DNA from: Promethearchaeota archaeon
Lineage (GTDB): Archaea; Asgardarchaeota; Lokiarchaeia; Sigyniarchaeales; SOKP01
Direction: 5' to 3'
Assembly (NCBI GenBank): GCA_016839705.1
Contig: JAEOTR010000030.1
Location: forward strand, 39,084-103,083
DNA: 64,000 bases
Of the stretch, positions 19,331-30,717 are shown in pieces. Numbering within the stretch: position 1 is the first letter of the stretch; each line of letters opens with the position of its first letter. Made by a program: the position numbers and the translations under genes. The notes under the pieces were generated by a model that was not told where the DNA came from, did not search any database, and saw nothing but the letters and a program-made list of their open reading frames with translations.

Positions 19331-21556
19331 ATGAGTGGAATAACTCGTGAATATAAAGGAGATGGGAAAAAAGTAAGAATTAGAGATGCCTATAAAGGTG
19401 ATGCGGGGAGGGGTAGGATCCGAATTGATCCTCTTGTAATTGAAGAGATGAATCTTAAAACTGGTGATGTTATTGAAATTATTCATTCTGTAGCGAATAA
19501 AAAAACCGCAGCATTGTTGTATCCGGGAAAAGATGAAGATAAAGGATCTAATTCTCTACGAATAGATTCTTCATTACGGCGGAATCTAAATGCTTCCTTA
19601 GATGATATTGTAGAAATTCGTAAGATAGATGCAAGTTTAGCTGAAAGAATAACATTTGCGGGAGTAGAAGAGTCAGTAATCATAAGAGATCCAAACCGTT
19701 TAGTAAGGATGTTAGAAAATCGTGTAATTACTAAGGGTGATATTTTAAGTTTCAATGCAATGGGTAGAAGGATTGATTTTATAGTTGTTGATTATGCACC
19801 CAGAGCAGATGCTGTACGGATCCATTTAGAAACTAAAATTACGATTTCTGAAAAAACTCATAAAGAATTAGAGGAATTAGAAGGTAGGAGAGTTACTTAT
19901 GAAGATATAGGTGGTTTAGAAGAAGAAATTCAGAAAATTCGCGAAATGATTGAATTACCAATTCGACATCCTGAGTTGTTTAAAAGAATAGGCATCGATC
20001 CCCCTAAGGGTGTGTTACTCCATGGACCACCTGGTACTGGAAAAACACTACTTGCTCGAGCAGTTGCGTATGAAACTGAAGCACATTTTATAACCATAAG
20101 TGGCCCTGAAATCATGAGTAAATTTTATGGTCAAAGTGAAGAAAATCTAAGAAAAGTATTTGAAGAAGCAAAAGACATGTCACCTTCAATTATCTTTATC
20201 GATGAGTTAGATTCAATTGCTCCTAAAAGAGGTGAAGTTACAGGGGAAGTTGAAAGACGAGTTGTTGCTCAATTACTTTCATTATTAGACGGTTTAGAGG
20301 GAAGAGGTGAAGTCATTGTTATTGGAGCAACAAATCGGGTTAATGATATCGATCCCGCGCTTCGACGTCCCGGCAGATTTGATAGAGAAATTGAGATTGG
20401 GGTTCCCGATACTGATGGTAGATATGATATTCTATTAATTCATACTCGTGGAATGCCTTTACATACCGATGTTGATTTACGTCTCATGGCTGAAAAAACA
20501 CACGGATTTGTGGGTGCAGACGTGGAAGCATTAGCAAAGGAAGCCGCTATGCTGGCAATAAGAGATATATTACCAAACATCGATTTAGATAAACCAATTC
20601 CACCGGAAGTGTTAATGGACCTTGAAATAGTTATGAAAAACTTTCAATCAGCATTGAATAGTATTGAACCTTCAGCGTTAAGAGAAGTTTTAATAATTCA
20701 ACCATCTGAAACTTGGGATGACATAGGCGGTTTAGAGGAAGCAACCCAACAATTAAGAGAAGTAATTGAATGGCCACTGAAATATCCAGAGCTATTCAAT
20801 CATTTAAATTCAAAACCCCCGAACGGAATCTTACTTTTTGGCCCTCCTGGAACAGGAAAAACATTGCTCGCCAAAGCTTTAGCGCATGAAAGTGAGGTTA
20901 ATTTTATTTCTGTGAAAGGACCAGAATTTTTATCCAAATGGGTTGGTGAAAGCGAAAAAGCGGTAAGAGAAACTTTTCGGAAAGCGAGGGCTGCAGCACC
21001 ATGTATTATATTCTTTGATGAAATAGATGCAATTGCTGGGATGAGGGGAAGATTTGCAAGTTCCCAAGTAACTGAGCAAGTGGTTTCACAATTACTCACA
21101 GAAATGGATGGTTTGGAAGGCCTAAAGGATGTTATTTTACTTGCAGCAACGAATCGGCCAGATATGCTTGATCCCGCTTTATTGCGTTCAGGAAGATTCG
21201 GCAGGCATATCGAGATTCCATTACCAGATAAAGAAGCACGAGTCGAGATATTCAAAATTCACCTGATGAATAAACCTTTAGCATCTGATGTCGATATTAG
21301 TCAAATGGCACAAGAATTAGAAGGTTATACGGGAGCAGATATCCAGGCAATTTGTGAAGAAGCTACACTTTTAACTATTCGAAAAGCTGTATTAAATAAA
21401 AACATCACTACTCAAGATGCCACTTCTCTAAGAAATGTAAAAATTTCAAACGCAGAATTCGAGGAAGCATCTGAAAAAATCTTAAAATCTGCAGAAAAAG
21501 CACGAGTTTCTCATGAAAGTTATTCACAAGAACCCTCAGAAGAATTATATCGCTAA
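19331..21556 (+). CDS. cdc48: CDC48/VCP (VAT) AAA+ ATPase
   Basis: N-domain plus two AAA modules (GPPGTGKT twice, RPGRFDRE); C-terminal HbYX (LYR). Confidence 0.97.
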   Translation: MSGITREYKGDGKKVRIRDAYKGDAGRGRIRIDPLVIEEMNLKTGDVIEIIHSVANKKTAALLYPGKDEDKGSNSLRIDSSLRRNLNASLDDIVEIRKIDASLAERITFAGVEESVIIRDPNRLVRMLENRVITKGDILSFNAMGRRIDFIVVDYAPRADAVRIHLETKITISEKTHKELEELEGRRVTYEDIGGLEEEIQKIREMIELPIRHPELFKRIGIDPPKGVLLHGPPGTGKTLLARAVAYETEAHFITISGPEIMSKFYGQSEENLRKVFEEAKDMSPSIIFIDELDSIAPKRGEVTGEVERRVVAQLLSLLDGLEGRGEVIVIGATNRVNDIDPALRRPGRFDREIEIGVPDTDGRYDILLIHTRGMPLHTDVDLRLMAEKTHGFVGADVEALAKEAAMLAIRDILPNIDLDKPIPPEVLMDLEIVMKNFQSALNSIEPSALREVLIIQPSETWDDIGGLEEATQQLREVIEWPLKYPELFNHLNSKPPNGILLFGPPGTGKTLLAKALAHESEVNFISVKGPEFLSKWVGESEKAVRETFRKARAAAPCIIFFDEIDAIAGMRGRFASSQVTEQVVSQLLTEMDGLEGLKDVILLAATNRPDMLDPALLRSGRFGRHIEIPLPDKEARVEIFKIHLMNKPLASDVDISQMAQELEGYTGADIQAICEEATLLTIRKAVLNKNITTQDATSLRNVKISNAEFEEASEKILKSAEKARVSHESYSQEPSEELYR

Positions 21557-21602
21557 AATTGAAATCATTTCTATAAATTAAAAAAAAGGAGGAGAAATTC
21601 TA

Positions 21603-22391
21603 ATGGAATTGGAAGAACAAGGTGGAGGAAAATTGTTTCTTAGTTTGGATAATTTATTAGAAATATTGGGAAACCCAACAAGACGAATTATCCTCTCTAA
21701 ATTAGCTAAAGTACCACTAGGTGCTTCAGAATTAGCAGCCTCATTTGGCACAAAGATTTCAAGGCAGGCGATACACTCGCAACTTAAAACGCTTACTGAT
21801 TATAATATTATTGAAAGTATTGGCGAAGATCCAAGAAATATTAAATACAGAATTAAGAGTAATCTTTCTTTAAGAATTAATATTACTCCTGATTATTATA
21901 GTATCAAATATGATGTGTCTAAAATTGATGACTTGTCAGAAAACCTGAAACTAAAGGATATTAGCTGTCACGTTGATTATCAGAAAATTAATATTCCTAG
22001 TGAGAAACTAAGATTTCTGGGGGAAAGAATAAGAGAAGTTGAACAAAATATAAGTGAGTTAGAAGCTGAAAGAAATTCTCTACTCCGTACTAAAGAATGC
22101 TTTATAGTTGAGCTAAAAAAAATAATGATAGACCTATATGACAAAGACGTCAAAAAGAGAGAGCAACCGAATTTAGAAAAGGAAATCTTCTACACACTCT
22201 TTTATAATCCAATTAAATATTTTAAAAGAATAAATATCGATACATTGCTAGATGATATTTTTTTCTCAGATATGGGAAATATAAGAAGAGCTCAAAATAG
22301 AATATCTGTAAATTACCTATTAAGAGATTTATCTAAACTGATGGATTTCATGTATGAAGATGAAGAAGATTTTTTCTTCTTTGATATATAA
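21603..22391 (+). CDS. ArsR-family wHTH regulator with coiled coil (Phr/HSR-like heat-shock regulator)
   Basis: ILGNPTRRIIL and ISRQAIHSQL motifs; operon context. Confidence 0.8.
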   Translation: MELEEQGGGKLFLSLDNLLEILGNPTRRIILSKLAKVPLGASELAASFGTKISRQAIHSQLKTLTDYNIIESIGEDPRNIKYRIKSNLSLRINITPDYYSIKYDVSKIDDLSENLKLKDISCHVDYQKINIPSEKLRFLGERIREVEQNISELEAERNSLLRTKECFIVELKKIMIDLYDKDVKKREQPNLEKEIFYTLFYNPIKYFKRINIDTLLDDIFFSDMGNIRRAQNRISVNYLLRDLSKLMDFMYEDEEDFFFFDI

Positions 22392-22424
22392 AAATAAAAA
22401 CATAATTTTATTGAGGTAATCATA

Positions 22425-22925
22425 ATAGATTTCAACGAATTAAAAAAAAAAATGCCGGAAATTTTTGAAAAAGTAAAAAAAGATGTTCTAAAAACAACAG
22501 GAAGGAAAAGAGCCGGTCTTACTTTAGGATTAATCGAAATGGGGATGTATCAAGGTGGTTTTATTGGTGGAATGCATTTTTCTCCAGGAACGGATATTGT
22601 AATGAATAAAACTCCTTTAAAAATTCTCCTCGAACAGCAACCTTATGAAATAGTTTGGGCTTATACTTATCATATTCTTTTACATGAATATGTTCATTCA
22701 TTAGGTGCCCTGAATGAACATCAATGTCGAGATATTACCTTAAGAATTAGTGAAGCGATATTCAAAGAAGCTGACCATCCCACAATTATACTTGCAAAAA
22801 AAGGTATCGGTGCATTTTTCCCTAATTTACAGTTAATTTATGCGCCGCCAGATCTTAAGCCAGATGGACGGCCAATTGAATATATTGATGATTTTGACAG
22901 TGGAAGTTATGATTATTATTCATAG
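22425..22925 (+). CDS. Zincin-like metalloprotein (HEXXH)
   Basis: HILLHEYVHSLG. First ATG at 22452; GAGGT supports an in-frame ATA start at 22425. Confidence 0.75.
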   Translation: MDFNELKKKMPEIFEKVKKDVLKTTGRKRAGLTLGLIEMGMYQGGFIGGMHFSPGTDIVMNKTPLKILLEQQPYEIVWAYTYHILLHEYVHSLGALNEHQCRDITLRISEAIFKEADHPTIILAKKGIGAFFPNLQLIYAPPDLKPDGRPIEYIDDFDSGSYDYYS

Positions 22926-22947
22926 AGTATTTTCCAATTAAATCACA

Positions 22948-23310
22948 TTATTGCTTTAAGCAACTGTTTAATATATTTATCAATTTCTTATGTGTAAAAG
23001 GTTTATCTAAAAATCCCATTGCTCCTTGAAGGTAAACTTCCTCTTTTATTGTTTTGTCTGCGCTTGCAAATATTATTCTTGAAGTCTTATCAATTTCTAA
23101 GATTTCATGTAAAGCATCAATCCCGTTTTTAATTGGCATGCGATAATCTAGTATAATGATATCAGGTTTTTCTTCAAATGATTTAAACATTTTTATTGCT
23201 TTATCTCCATTATTAGCAATTCCTAATACCTGAAATCCTGACATTTTTAGAAGTAATCCATATAATCTTTGAAGATCTCTATCATCCCCAGCAATAAAAA
23301 TTGTTTTTAT
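22948..23310 (-). CDS. Stand-alone response regulator receiver (CheY-like)
   Basis: ILDYRMP and FLDKPF. The essential beta1/acidic pocket (KTIFIAGDD) lies upstream of ATG 23244, so the start is extended to ATA 23310. Confidence 0.85.
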   Translation of the reverse strand: MKTIFIAGDDRDLQRLYGLLLKMSGFQVLGIANNGDKAIKMFKSFEEKPDIIILDYRMPIKNGIDALHEILEIDKTSRIIFASADKTIKEEVYLQGAMGFLDKPFTHKKLINILNSCLKQ

Positions 23311-23633
23311 ATTAAATCTCCCCCATTACTAGCAAAACGAAATTAGCACCTACGCATTATTTATCTTTTGCTCTATCCTTTACCCAAATAGGCCTGTTAT
23401 TTTTCGGTATGATATAATTTGATATTTTATTCGTACTAAACATTAGCAACATTAATCGTATTTATGCTTAACTTTTTAGTCATAAAAGTTGAAAGTTTTT
23501 TTCTAAAAATCAAATTTAGATAAAAATTGTGATATATTATCGAAAGATTTTTTTTCTCTTGTTTTTTAGATGAACCTAGAGAATCTTTTATTTAATTTTA
23601 ATAAATTATTGAGAATCTATAATATCTGAACGA

Positions 23634-24710
23634 GTGATCGAGATTTCAAAAAGTGTAACTGATGATAAAGACCTTGAAGAAGAAGAAATTGAAAAAAATA
23701 TTGATATTAGTTCAGATCAATTGATACTTAAATGGAAGTTTCAAAATGTTAATAAAAAGCTAACTTATGACATAAAAAAATGTATCGGGTGTTCTTTGTG
23801 CAAAATAGTCTGCCCTGTTGATGCTATAGAACTTGGTCCTATCCCTGACATAGCTCAAGGTATACTGGATGATAGTAATCCACAAATTCTGATAGATCAT
23901 GAAAAATGTTGTTATTGTATGTTGTGTGCTGTGATTTGCCCAAACGACGCATTCCATGAGGATATTACACCTCTAGAACAAATCGATTTGGATGAATTCC
24001 CCTCTATTGGAAAGTTCTTCAAAATTGATATTAGTAAATGTATAGAAGATAAAAAAAGTGAAATATGCCAATTATGTTTAAAGGTAAGAGATAGGAATAA
24101 TATTAGGGACTATTTCAAAATTCAAAAAGAGTGTCCTACCAAATGCTTTCAAATTACATCCCCAATTGAAGGAGAAGTAGTAATAAAAAAAAATATGCTT
24201 CATAAATGTGATCCTCAAGGGTGTAAAGCTTGTGTAAATATCTGTCCTACTGAATCCTTTTTTATTCCAGAAAAAGCAGAAGATGTTAAAAAATATGGAA
24301 AAATAGCGTGCAATGAAGAAGAATGCTTTTATTGTGGAGCCTGTGAAAATTCCTGCCCCGATGATTTGATCCTTGTTAAAAGGAAAAATATTGAAATTAA
24401 TGATCCCAAAAAATCTGGAAACTATCCTTGGATAAGGGGTTGGATCAAAAACATCAAAGAAATAATGAGGAAAAGACTTGTTTATGGTAAAGAGCAAATA
24501 CAAATCCCTGTTATTGAAGAAGAAGTTAAAAAAATCACAAAAAGAATTGAAGAAACAATCCCCCAACTATCAAAAGAAGATAGGAAAAAATTAGCTGAAC
24601 TAAATGATAAAGTTCAATCATTCCTCAAATCTTCAAAAATTCGATATTGGATAAAAGATAAAAAAACAGATAAAGTAAGAAAAGAATTAAGTAAAATCCT
24701 AAATCAATAA
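23634..24710 (+). CDS. Polyferredoxin (FwdF-like 4Fe-4S protein)
   Basis: Multiple CxxCxxCxxxCP motifs. Confidence 0.85.
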   Translation: MIEISKSVTDDKDLEEEEIEKNIDISSDQLILKWKFQNVNKKLTYDIKKCIGCSLCKIVCPVDAIELGPIPDIAQGILDDSNPQILIDHEKCCYCMLCAVICPNDAFHEDITPLEQIDLDEFPSIGKFFKIDISKCIEDKKSEICQLCLKVRDRNNIRDYFKIQKECPTKCFQITSPIEGEVVIKKNMLHKCDPQGCKACVNICPTESFFIPEKAEDVKKYGKIACNEEECFYCGACENSCPDDLILVKRKNIEINDPKKSGNYPWIRGWIKNIKEIMRKRLVYGKEQIQIPVIEEEVKKITKRIEETIPQLSKEDRKKLAELNDKVQSFLKSSKIRYWIKDKKTDKVRKELSKILNQ

Positions 24711-24803
24711 AACTAGCTTAAAATTCTCCTTGTTTAAATAGATTCTATTAGAATTAACATAAATTAAGTTAATTCACCTAATTACTTATTAAAGGTTTTC
24801 AAA

Positions 24804-25082
24804 ATGATATTGAAGTTAAAAGTCAAAGATAAAAAAAAGAAAAGGATCATTGCTTGGATTCAAAAATCCAAAGAATTCGATGATAATATCCAACAGGTAT
24901 TTCAATTTTTTGAAGGAAAGGTGAAAATTTCTAAATGGAGTTGGTTTTCAAGATACTATAAAGTTTCTTCGAAAAACCCTGCCATGATTTTGTCGATGTT
25001 CTCCACTATTCAAGATTTAATTCCAGACATTTATTTTAATCTAGAAGAATCAATAGAAATTGAAGATTTTCCGAATAATTAG
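24804..25082 (+). CDS. Small hypothetical protein
   Basis: 92 aa ORF with plausible start context. Confidence 0.55.
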   Translation: MILKLKVKDKKKKRIIAWIQKSKEFDDNIQQVFQFFEGKVKISKWSWFSRYYKVSSKNPAMILSMFSTIQDLIPDIYFNLEESIEIEDFPNN

Positions 25083-25195
25083 CAATCCTATTTTTATTCT
25101 TTTTATTTCGTTTATCCCTAAGGGTATGAATGTATAATCTTCTATTGAAAATCCATAATTTGAATCAATTACTAGAAGGAGTAAAACTATTAAAA

Positions 25196-25269
25196 TGGGA
25201 GAGGGGGGAATTGAACCCCCGACCCCTTGGTCCCAAACCAAGAATCATACCAAGCTAGACTACCCTCCC
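25196..25269 (-). tRNA. tRNA-Pro (UGG)
   Basis: Acceptor stem GGGAGGG/CTCTCCC-A; anticodon arm CTTGG-TT-TGG-GA-CCAAG; T-loop GGTTCAATTCC; no intron and no encoded CCA. Confidence 0.96.
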
Positions 25270-25435
25270 ATTAAAAGAGAGCAAGAAATCAATTTTTTGA
25301 TAATTTTAAATAAAATTAGGTTATAATATTATAGAAATAATAAAAGGTAAAATATTTTTTCAATTTTTAATTTTTCCATTGAAAAAAACTGTTCAAAAAG
25401 AAGAGTTTTAAATTTTGATTCTTGAATAAATTTCT

Positions 25436-26920
25436 CTACTCAATATTATAAGGAAGGGAAAAGCAAAATTTTGACCCCATATTTCTACCCTCGGATTCTA
25501 CCCAGATTTTTCCTCCGTGTAGTTCTACAATTTGCTTTGATGTATATAATCCCATTCCAATTCCCTCAATACCAATATCCCAGCCTTGACCGTACCGCTC
25601 AATCTTTCCGAATTGTTTAAAAATTTTTTTTTGCTCATCATTGGTTAGACCAATTCCATTATCTTCAACTGAAACTATTACAAAGTCCTTATTAACTTCA
25701 GATCGAATTTTAATTACACCATATGGTGGTGTGTATTTTATTGCATTGATTATCAAATGACTAATTACTTCGTGTAGCTTCTCTTTCTCAAATTTGACAG
25801 TCAATTTTTCTGGTATGTCTAAGCTGATAAAATTTTTTCTCGTTTTCGCTAGGCCTCGTAAATTTTTAACACAAAACTTAATTAAAAATGATAAATCATC
25901 TTGAGTTGGCTTAAAATCAAGTTTTCCTGAGGCTAAATGTGAAGTATCTAAAAGGTTGTTGATTATCACCTCAATCTGTTCGGTTCCTTGTTTGATCTCA
26001 TCTAAAATTGAGACCGTTTCCGCATCAAATTTATCTCTATGTAAATCTAGTAATAAATCCGTGAAGCCTTTTATTGAAATGAGGGGAGTTTTTAATTCGT
26101 GAGATGTTCTTTCAAGTAATTCTGATTTTAACTGATTGATTTCTTCTATTTCTTTTTCAAATGTTATTCTTTCTGTTATATCCTTAAAAATACATTGTGT
26201 TCTCTCAAAATCCCCACTCTCATTATATCCTACTTTTCCGTTAAATGAGATAATTTTATGAGATCCTTCCTTTGTTATCACTTCATATTGTGCTTCTTGA
26301 ACTTCCCCTTCTTCTTTAAACTGTGGAAACCACTCTTTCAAGAACTCTCTACAAGAAGGATCCATAAAGTCTCCTAACCATCTTCCTATTACCTCTTCTT
26401 TATCATATCCAAAAAACTTAATCCAAGCGTTATTTACATCTAAAATATTTCCTTCAGCATCTAAGGATTGATAAGGAAGTGGAGCATTTTCATACAATAA
26501 TTTGAATTTTTTTTCAGACTCTTTCAATTTCTGCTCTGCCAGTTTCTTTTCAGTGATATCTCTCAATACACCAATGATCTTTAAATTGTTTTCAACTTTA
26601 ACTAATGAACCATTTGCTAAAACATTAATATAATACCCGTCTTTATGTCTTACCCTATATTCTATAGAAACAGATTCCTCAGATTTTATTGCCTTTTCAA
26701 AAGAATCCATAATGGATGGCATATCGTCAGGATGAATATAAGAAAAAAATTTACTACCTATTATTTCTTCGGGTTTATAGCCAAAAATCATGCGAACCTG
26801 GGGGCTAATATAGGTGAATATTCCATTAAGATCTATCTCAGCAATAACATCCACAATATTGTTAATTAAGAATTGATATTTCTCAACAGAATTTCCTACA
26901 ATGCTATTAAGTTCTGTCAA
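25436..26920 (-). CDS. PAS-PAS histidine kinase
   Basis: Two PAS/PAC domains (IHPDD, RDITE); SHELKTPL, DNGIG and GMGL. Confidence 0.93.
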   Translation of the reverse strand: MTELNSIVGNSVEKYQFLINNIVDVIAEIDLNGIFTYISPQVRMIFGYKPEEIIGSKFFSYIHPDDMPSIMDSFEKAIKSEESVSIEYRVRHKDGYYINVLANGSLVKVENNLKIIGVLRDITEKKLAEQKLKESEKKFKLLYENAPLPYQSLDAEGNILDVNNAWIKFFGYDKEEVIGRWLGDFMDPSCREFLKEWFPQFKEEGEVQEAQYEVITKEGSHKIISFNGKVGYNESGDFERTQCIFKDITERITFEKEIEEINQLKSELLERTSHELKTPLISIKGFTDLLLDLHRDKFDAETVSILDEIKQGTEQIEVIINNLLDTSHLASGKLDFKPTQDDLSFLIKFCVKNLRGLAKTRKNFISLDIPEKLTVKFEKEKLHEVISHLIINAIKYTPPYGVIKIRSEVNKDFVIVSVEDNGIGLTNDEQKKIFKQFGKIERYGQGWDIGIEGIGMGLYTSKQIVELHGGKIWVESEGRNMGSKFCFSLPYNIE

Positions 26921-27092
26921 TTTTTACCCAACCCAAGGAATAATGTAAGGTTGTTTAATTAAGAAATACTATTATCGATACGAATAATTTAGAAGTAAGT
27001 TATTTATTTAAGAGTTAGTGTTCACCATGTGACTTTTAAATATGAAATTATATTTTTCTTATGAAGAATATATCATCAATGATGTAAATTGT

Positions 27093-27662
27093 ATGGAAAG
27101 AATTATATATCTGCAAAAAATTGGTAGGATAGATCAATCCTTATTGATTAGTCTGAAGAGTCAATTAGAACGAATATTTAGTGCGCTTAATATTAGAGTC
27201 AAAATAAATAAGGATTCGATAACCTTATCTAAATCAGCATATAATATGTCTAGAGAGCAGTTTAATGCTTTAAAAATACTAAGGAGGATAAAGAATGGAT
27301 TTCAAAACAAGAATTTTTTTCGAATACTTGGAATCCTTGACGAAGATATTTATTCAAAAAAGTACAACTTTATATTTGGTTTGGCCAACATGAATTCTGG
27401 AGTCGCCTTAATTTCAATAACACGCCTTAGAGAAAGTTTTTATAAAGAAATCAGCAATTTATATAGGAAACATGAAAGTAGGAAGAATATCGAAGATAGA
27501 ATATTAAAAGAGGCTATTCACGAGCTTGGACACACCTTTGGGTTAAAACATTGCAATAATTTGTGTGTAATGCGATTTTCTGATAGTTTAAAAGAAACAG
27601 ATAAAAAACCACCTGCATTTTGTGATTCCTGCTTGACTTTAATAAAAGGAGTTCTTAACTAG
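27093..27662 (+). CDS. amzA: Archaemetzincin Zn-dependent protease
   Basis: KEAIHELGHTFGLKHC..CVMRFS and FCDSC. ORF opens at 27042; ATG 27093 is the more likely start. Confidence 0.9.
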   Translation: MERIIYLQKIGRIDQSLLISLKSQLERIFSALNIRVKINKDSITLSKSAYNMSREQFNALKILRRIKNGFQNKNFFRILGILDEDIYSKKYNFIFGLANMNSGVALISITRLRESFYKEISNLYRKHESRKNIEDRILKEAIHELGHTFGLKHCNNLCVMRFSDSLKETDKKPPAFCDSCLTLIKGVLN

Positions 27663-27670
27663 CTCAATAC

Positions 27671-28672
27671 CTAATTACGTTTTGCAAACTTAAGATATAG
27701 TTCTTCACTCAATTTTAAAATATTTTTATAACCTTTTACCATTTTAGCTAGATCAATCGGAATGTTATTATATCCAAAGTATGTCCCTACAAGGCTTCCT
27801 CCGATTGCTCCAACTGTATCGCTGTCTCCTCCTGCCGTTGCGAGTTCAAATACACACTTTTCAAAGGAACTTAAACTCTTAAGAAAGATAAAAATCGCAC
27901 AAACTACTGTGCTAATTGTATAGGGGTGCACAAATGCTTTTCCTAAATATTGCTCAATGAAATAAGGAGATTTTACCCCTATCTGTGAAAATTTAATCAA
28001 ACCCGCTTCAATTGGTAAATCTAAATTGGATTGTAATTTCGCTAAAATTTTAATAAATTCTTCCCATATTTCTTCCTGGGAACCGGAAATGGAAGAAATA
28101 ATAACTTCAAAGAATTCATCAATAGAAAAACCAGCTTCCGGATTTTTATCAATTAAATAAGCTATTGCTCTTGCTATAACAATTGCTCCAGCTGAAGCCG
28201 CAGGATGAGAATGTGTAATAATACTTGATTTAATTGCAGATTTTTTTAATTCATTGAGATCTTTACAATAAAACAAACCAATTGGTGCTATTCTCATTGC
28301 TGTCCCATTTCCACCAGAATTTGAAGAAGCTTGCTCCCAAGGAATTCCATATTTTAATTTACGAATAGAAGAAATGCAACCATATCCCGGGCCAATAGGA
28401 GGGTCTTCTAACCACAACACATATTCTCTTATAAAATTATCTGTATTAAAGCCATTTCCTTGAATCAACGCTTTTGCGGTATGAATTGTCAATTGTGTAT
28501 CGTCGGTATAAGTATTGAATAATTTTCTATTATTACCAATGAATTCTTTAAAATCTTTAAAATAAGAATGAATATCTTCCCGCAAAACACCCTCAAAGGG
28601 ATGACCTAAAGTATCACCTATGGCAACCCCTAACATACTACCTTGAAATTTATCCAAAAAATCTTGTTTCAT
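27671..28672 (-). CDS. ADP-ribosylglycohydrolase family protein
   Basis: AIGDTLG, YTDDT, GNGTAMR, THSHP and GGDSDT motifs. Confidence 0.93.
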   Translation of the reverse strand: MKQDFLDKFQGSMLGVAIGDTLGHPFEGVLREDIHSYFKDFKEFIGNNRKLFNTYTDDTQLTIHTAKALIQGNGFNTDNFIREYVLWLEDPPIGPGYGCISSIRKLKYGIPWEQASSNSGGNGTAMRIAPIGLFYCKDLNELKKSAIKSSIITHSHPAASAGAIVIARAIAYLIDKNPEAGFSIDEFFEVIISSISGSQEEIWEEFIKILAKLQSNLDLPIEAGLIKFSQIGVKSPYFIEQYLGKAFVHPYTISTVVCAIFIFLKSLSSFEKCVFELATAGGDSDTVGAIGGSLVGTYFGYNNIPIDLAKMVKGYKNILKLSEELYLKFAKRN

Positions 28673-28870
28673 TGTAAATCAAATCTATCTGAAGCCTATA
28701 ATTTAGTTAAGAATATTTTCTTTAAATATGAATGCAAGTATTTATTTCAAAAACAATTTTCAACTGAAAAATAGAATTCAAAATTACTATAAAGATATTA
28801 ATAAGGCTTATATAGGAACTTTACTAGATATAGTTTTAATTTAGAGTATAATCAAATAAAGGAGAATCTT

Positions 28871-29770
28871 ATGAGTAAGTTAAACAAATTGAAAAATGTA
28901 ATAACCGCAATGATAACCCCATTTGACGAAAATCTTGTTCTGGATGAAGAAAAATACAGAGAGTTTATAAGATTTCAAATTGATAATGAATGTCATATCT
29001 TAACAATGGGTACAACCGGCGAAAGTGCTACCATGTCTCATGAAGAACATCATCACGCTATGGATATTACTGTTGATGAGGCGAAAAAGAGTGGGAAAGA
29101 CCCTTTTGTATTAGCTGGAGCGGGAAGTAATTCAACTAAAGAAGCTATATCTTTATCTCAGTATGCCGAAAATGCCGGAGCTGGTGGAGTATTAATAGTC
29201 GTACCATATTATAATAAACCTGTTCAACATTCTTTAATTGATCACTTTTCAGCAATAGCAGACTCTGTATCCCTGCCAATAATCTTATATAATGTACCAA
29301 GTCGTACTGGAAGAAATTTAGAACCTGAAACTATTTCAAAACTCGCATATACGAAAGATAATATTGTTGGGATAAAATGTGCAAGTGGGGATATAGACCA
29401 GATAACAAGAATCATTAAGACTACCCCAGATGATTTTATCGTTTTAAGTGGAGACGATAGCATGACATATCATATTATGGCTCTAGGTGGAAAAGGTGTG
29501 ATAAGCGTTGCTTCGAATATTATTCCTTCTAAACTTGTAGAATTTACAAATAGTATGCTAAATAATGAATGGAAAAAAGCGAGAGATTGGCAGCTACAGT
29601 TGTATGATTTATTTAAAGTATTATTCGTTGAAACTAACCCAGGACCGGTGAAATACGCTGCAGATATAATGAATATAATGGAAAATCGAATGAGATTACC
29701 CATGACTCCACCCTTAAAAGAGAATCAAAAACGAATTAAAAATGTGCTAAAGGATTTAGACCTTATCTAA
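28871..29770 (+). CDS. dapA: 4-hydroxy-tetrahydrodipicolinate synthase
   Basis: GTTGES, PYYNKP, LYNVPSRTG, GIK and ETNPGPVK motifs. Confidence 0.95.
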   Translation: MSKLNKLKNVITAMITPFDENLVLDEEKYREFIRFQIDNECHILTMGTTGESATMSHEEHHHAMDITVDEAKKSGKDPFVLAGAGSNSTKEAISLSQYAENAGAGGVLIVVPYYNKPVQHSLIDHFSAIADSVSLPIILYNVPSRTGRNLEPETISKLAYTKDNIVGIKCASGDIDQITRIIKTTPDDFIVLSGDDSMTYHIMALGGKGVISVASNIIPSKLVEFTNSMLNNEWKKARDWQLQLYDLFKVLFVETNPGPVKYAADIMNIMENRMRLPMTPPLKENQKRIKNVLKDLDLI

Positions 29771-29791
29771 TAATCTGTGGAGGCATGTGTT

Positions 29792-30613
29792 ATGGTGAAA
29801 CTACTAATTTTTGGACCAACCGGTTCAATGGGAAAATTAATAAGCAAATTAGCGTTAGATGATAAAGATATTGATGTTGTTGCGGCCTGTGATGTTCAAA
29901 AAATAGGTGAAGAATTAGCAAATATCGTTGGTATGAATGATCCAAATAAAATTAAAATAACTGATATAAAAAATTTAAAGGAAACTATTAGTGATACAAA
30001 TCCAGATGTAGCAGTAGATTTTACAGTAGCAGCAGCTACAGAAAAAAACTGTATGATATGTGCTGAAAATGGAATAAGGTGTGTTATTGGAACTACGGCT
30101 CTTTCTCAAGAGTTTCTTGATAAATTTGAAATGGAAATAAAAAAAAATCATGCTCCTGCTGTAATTTCTCCAAATATGGCGACTGGCGTAAACGTATTAT
30201 TTAAAATGGCATCCGTATTAACATCCTATTTATCAGATTGGGATATTGAAATAATTGAAACACACCACCATAGGAAAGTGGATGCCCCCAGTGGAACTGC
30301 TTTAAAAATAGGACAGATAATAAGCGAAACGATAGAGTCTGAATTTGAAAAGATTGTAAAATTTGGGAGACAACGTGGTCCTAGTAAGCGTCTTGTAGGT
30401 GCAAAACAAGAGATTGGGGTTCATTCTATTCGAGGTGGTGATATCGTAGGTGATCATATCATTTTATACGCTGGACCTGGAGAGAGAATTGAAGTCAAAC
30501 ATCAAGCGCATAGCAGAATATGTTTTGCTGATGGCTCTATAGTAGCTATTAAATTTATTGCTACGGCAAAAGAAGATAAGATTTATACTACTCGTGAGGT
30601 TCTTGGTTTTTAA
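29792..30613 (+). CDS. dapB: 4-hydroxy-tetrahydrodipicolinate reductase
   Basis: GPTGSMG, VDFT and ETHHHRKVDAPSGTA; GGAGG upstream of ATG 29792. Confidence 0.95.
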   Translation: MVKLLIFGPTGSMGKLISKLALDDKDIDVVAACDVQKIGEELANIVGMNDPNKIKITDIKNLKETISDTNPDVAVDFTVAAATEKNCMICAENGIRCVIGTTALSQEFLDKFEMEIKKNHAPAVISPNMATGVNVLFKMASVLTSYLSDWDIEIIETHHHRKVDAPSGTALKIGQIISETIESEFEKIVKFGRQRGPSKRLVGAKQEIGVHSIRGGDIVGDHIILYAGPGERIEVKHQAHSRICFADGSIVAIKFIATAKEDKIYTTREVLGF

Positions 30614-30717
30614 GCTAGCAAATAGAAAATCCATTCAAATTGATTAGTACCCAGAGAAAAATAGGATTAGAACTATTTCAATTTTATAATATTGTATAAA
30701 ACTTTTTTCCTTTTTAT

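Noticed and set aside
25050-25241. 63-aa ORF on the minus strand
   Set aside because: It overlaps tRNA-Pro and is a shadow frame.
25150-25440. tRNA-Pro as a provirus or island attachment site
   Set aside because: No duplicated tRNA 3' end and no integrase seen in the window.
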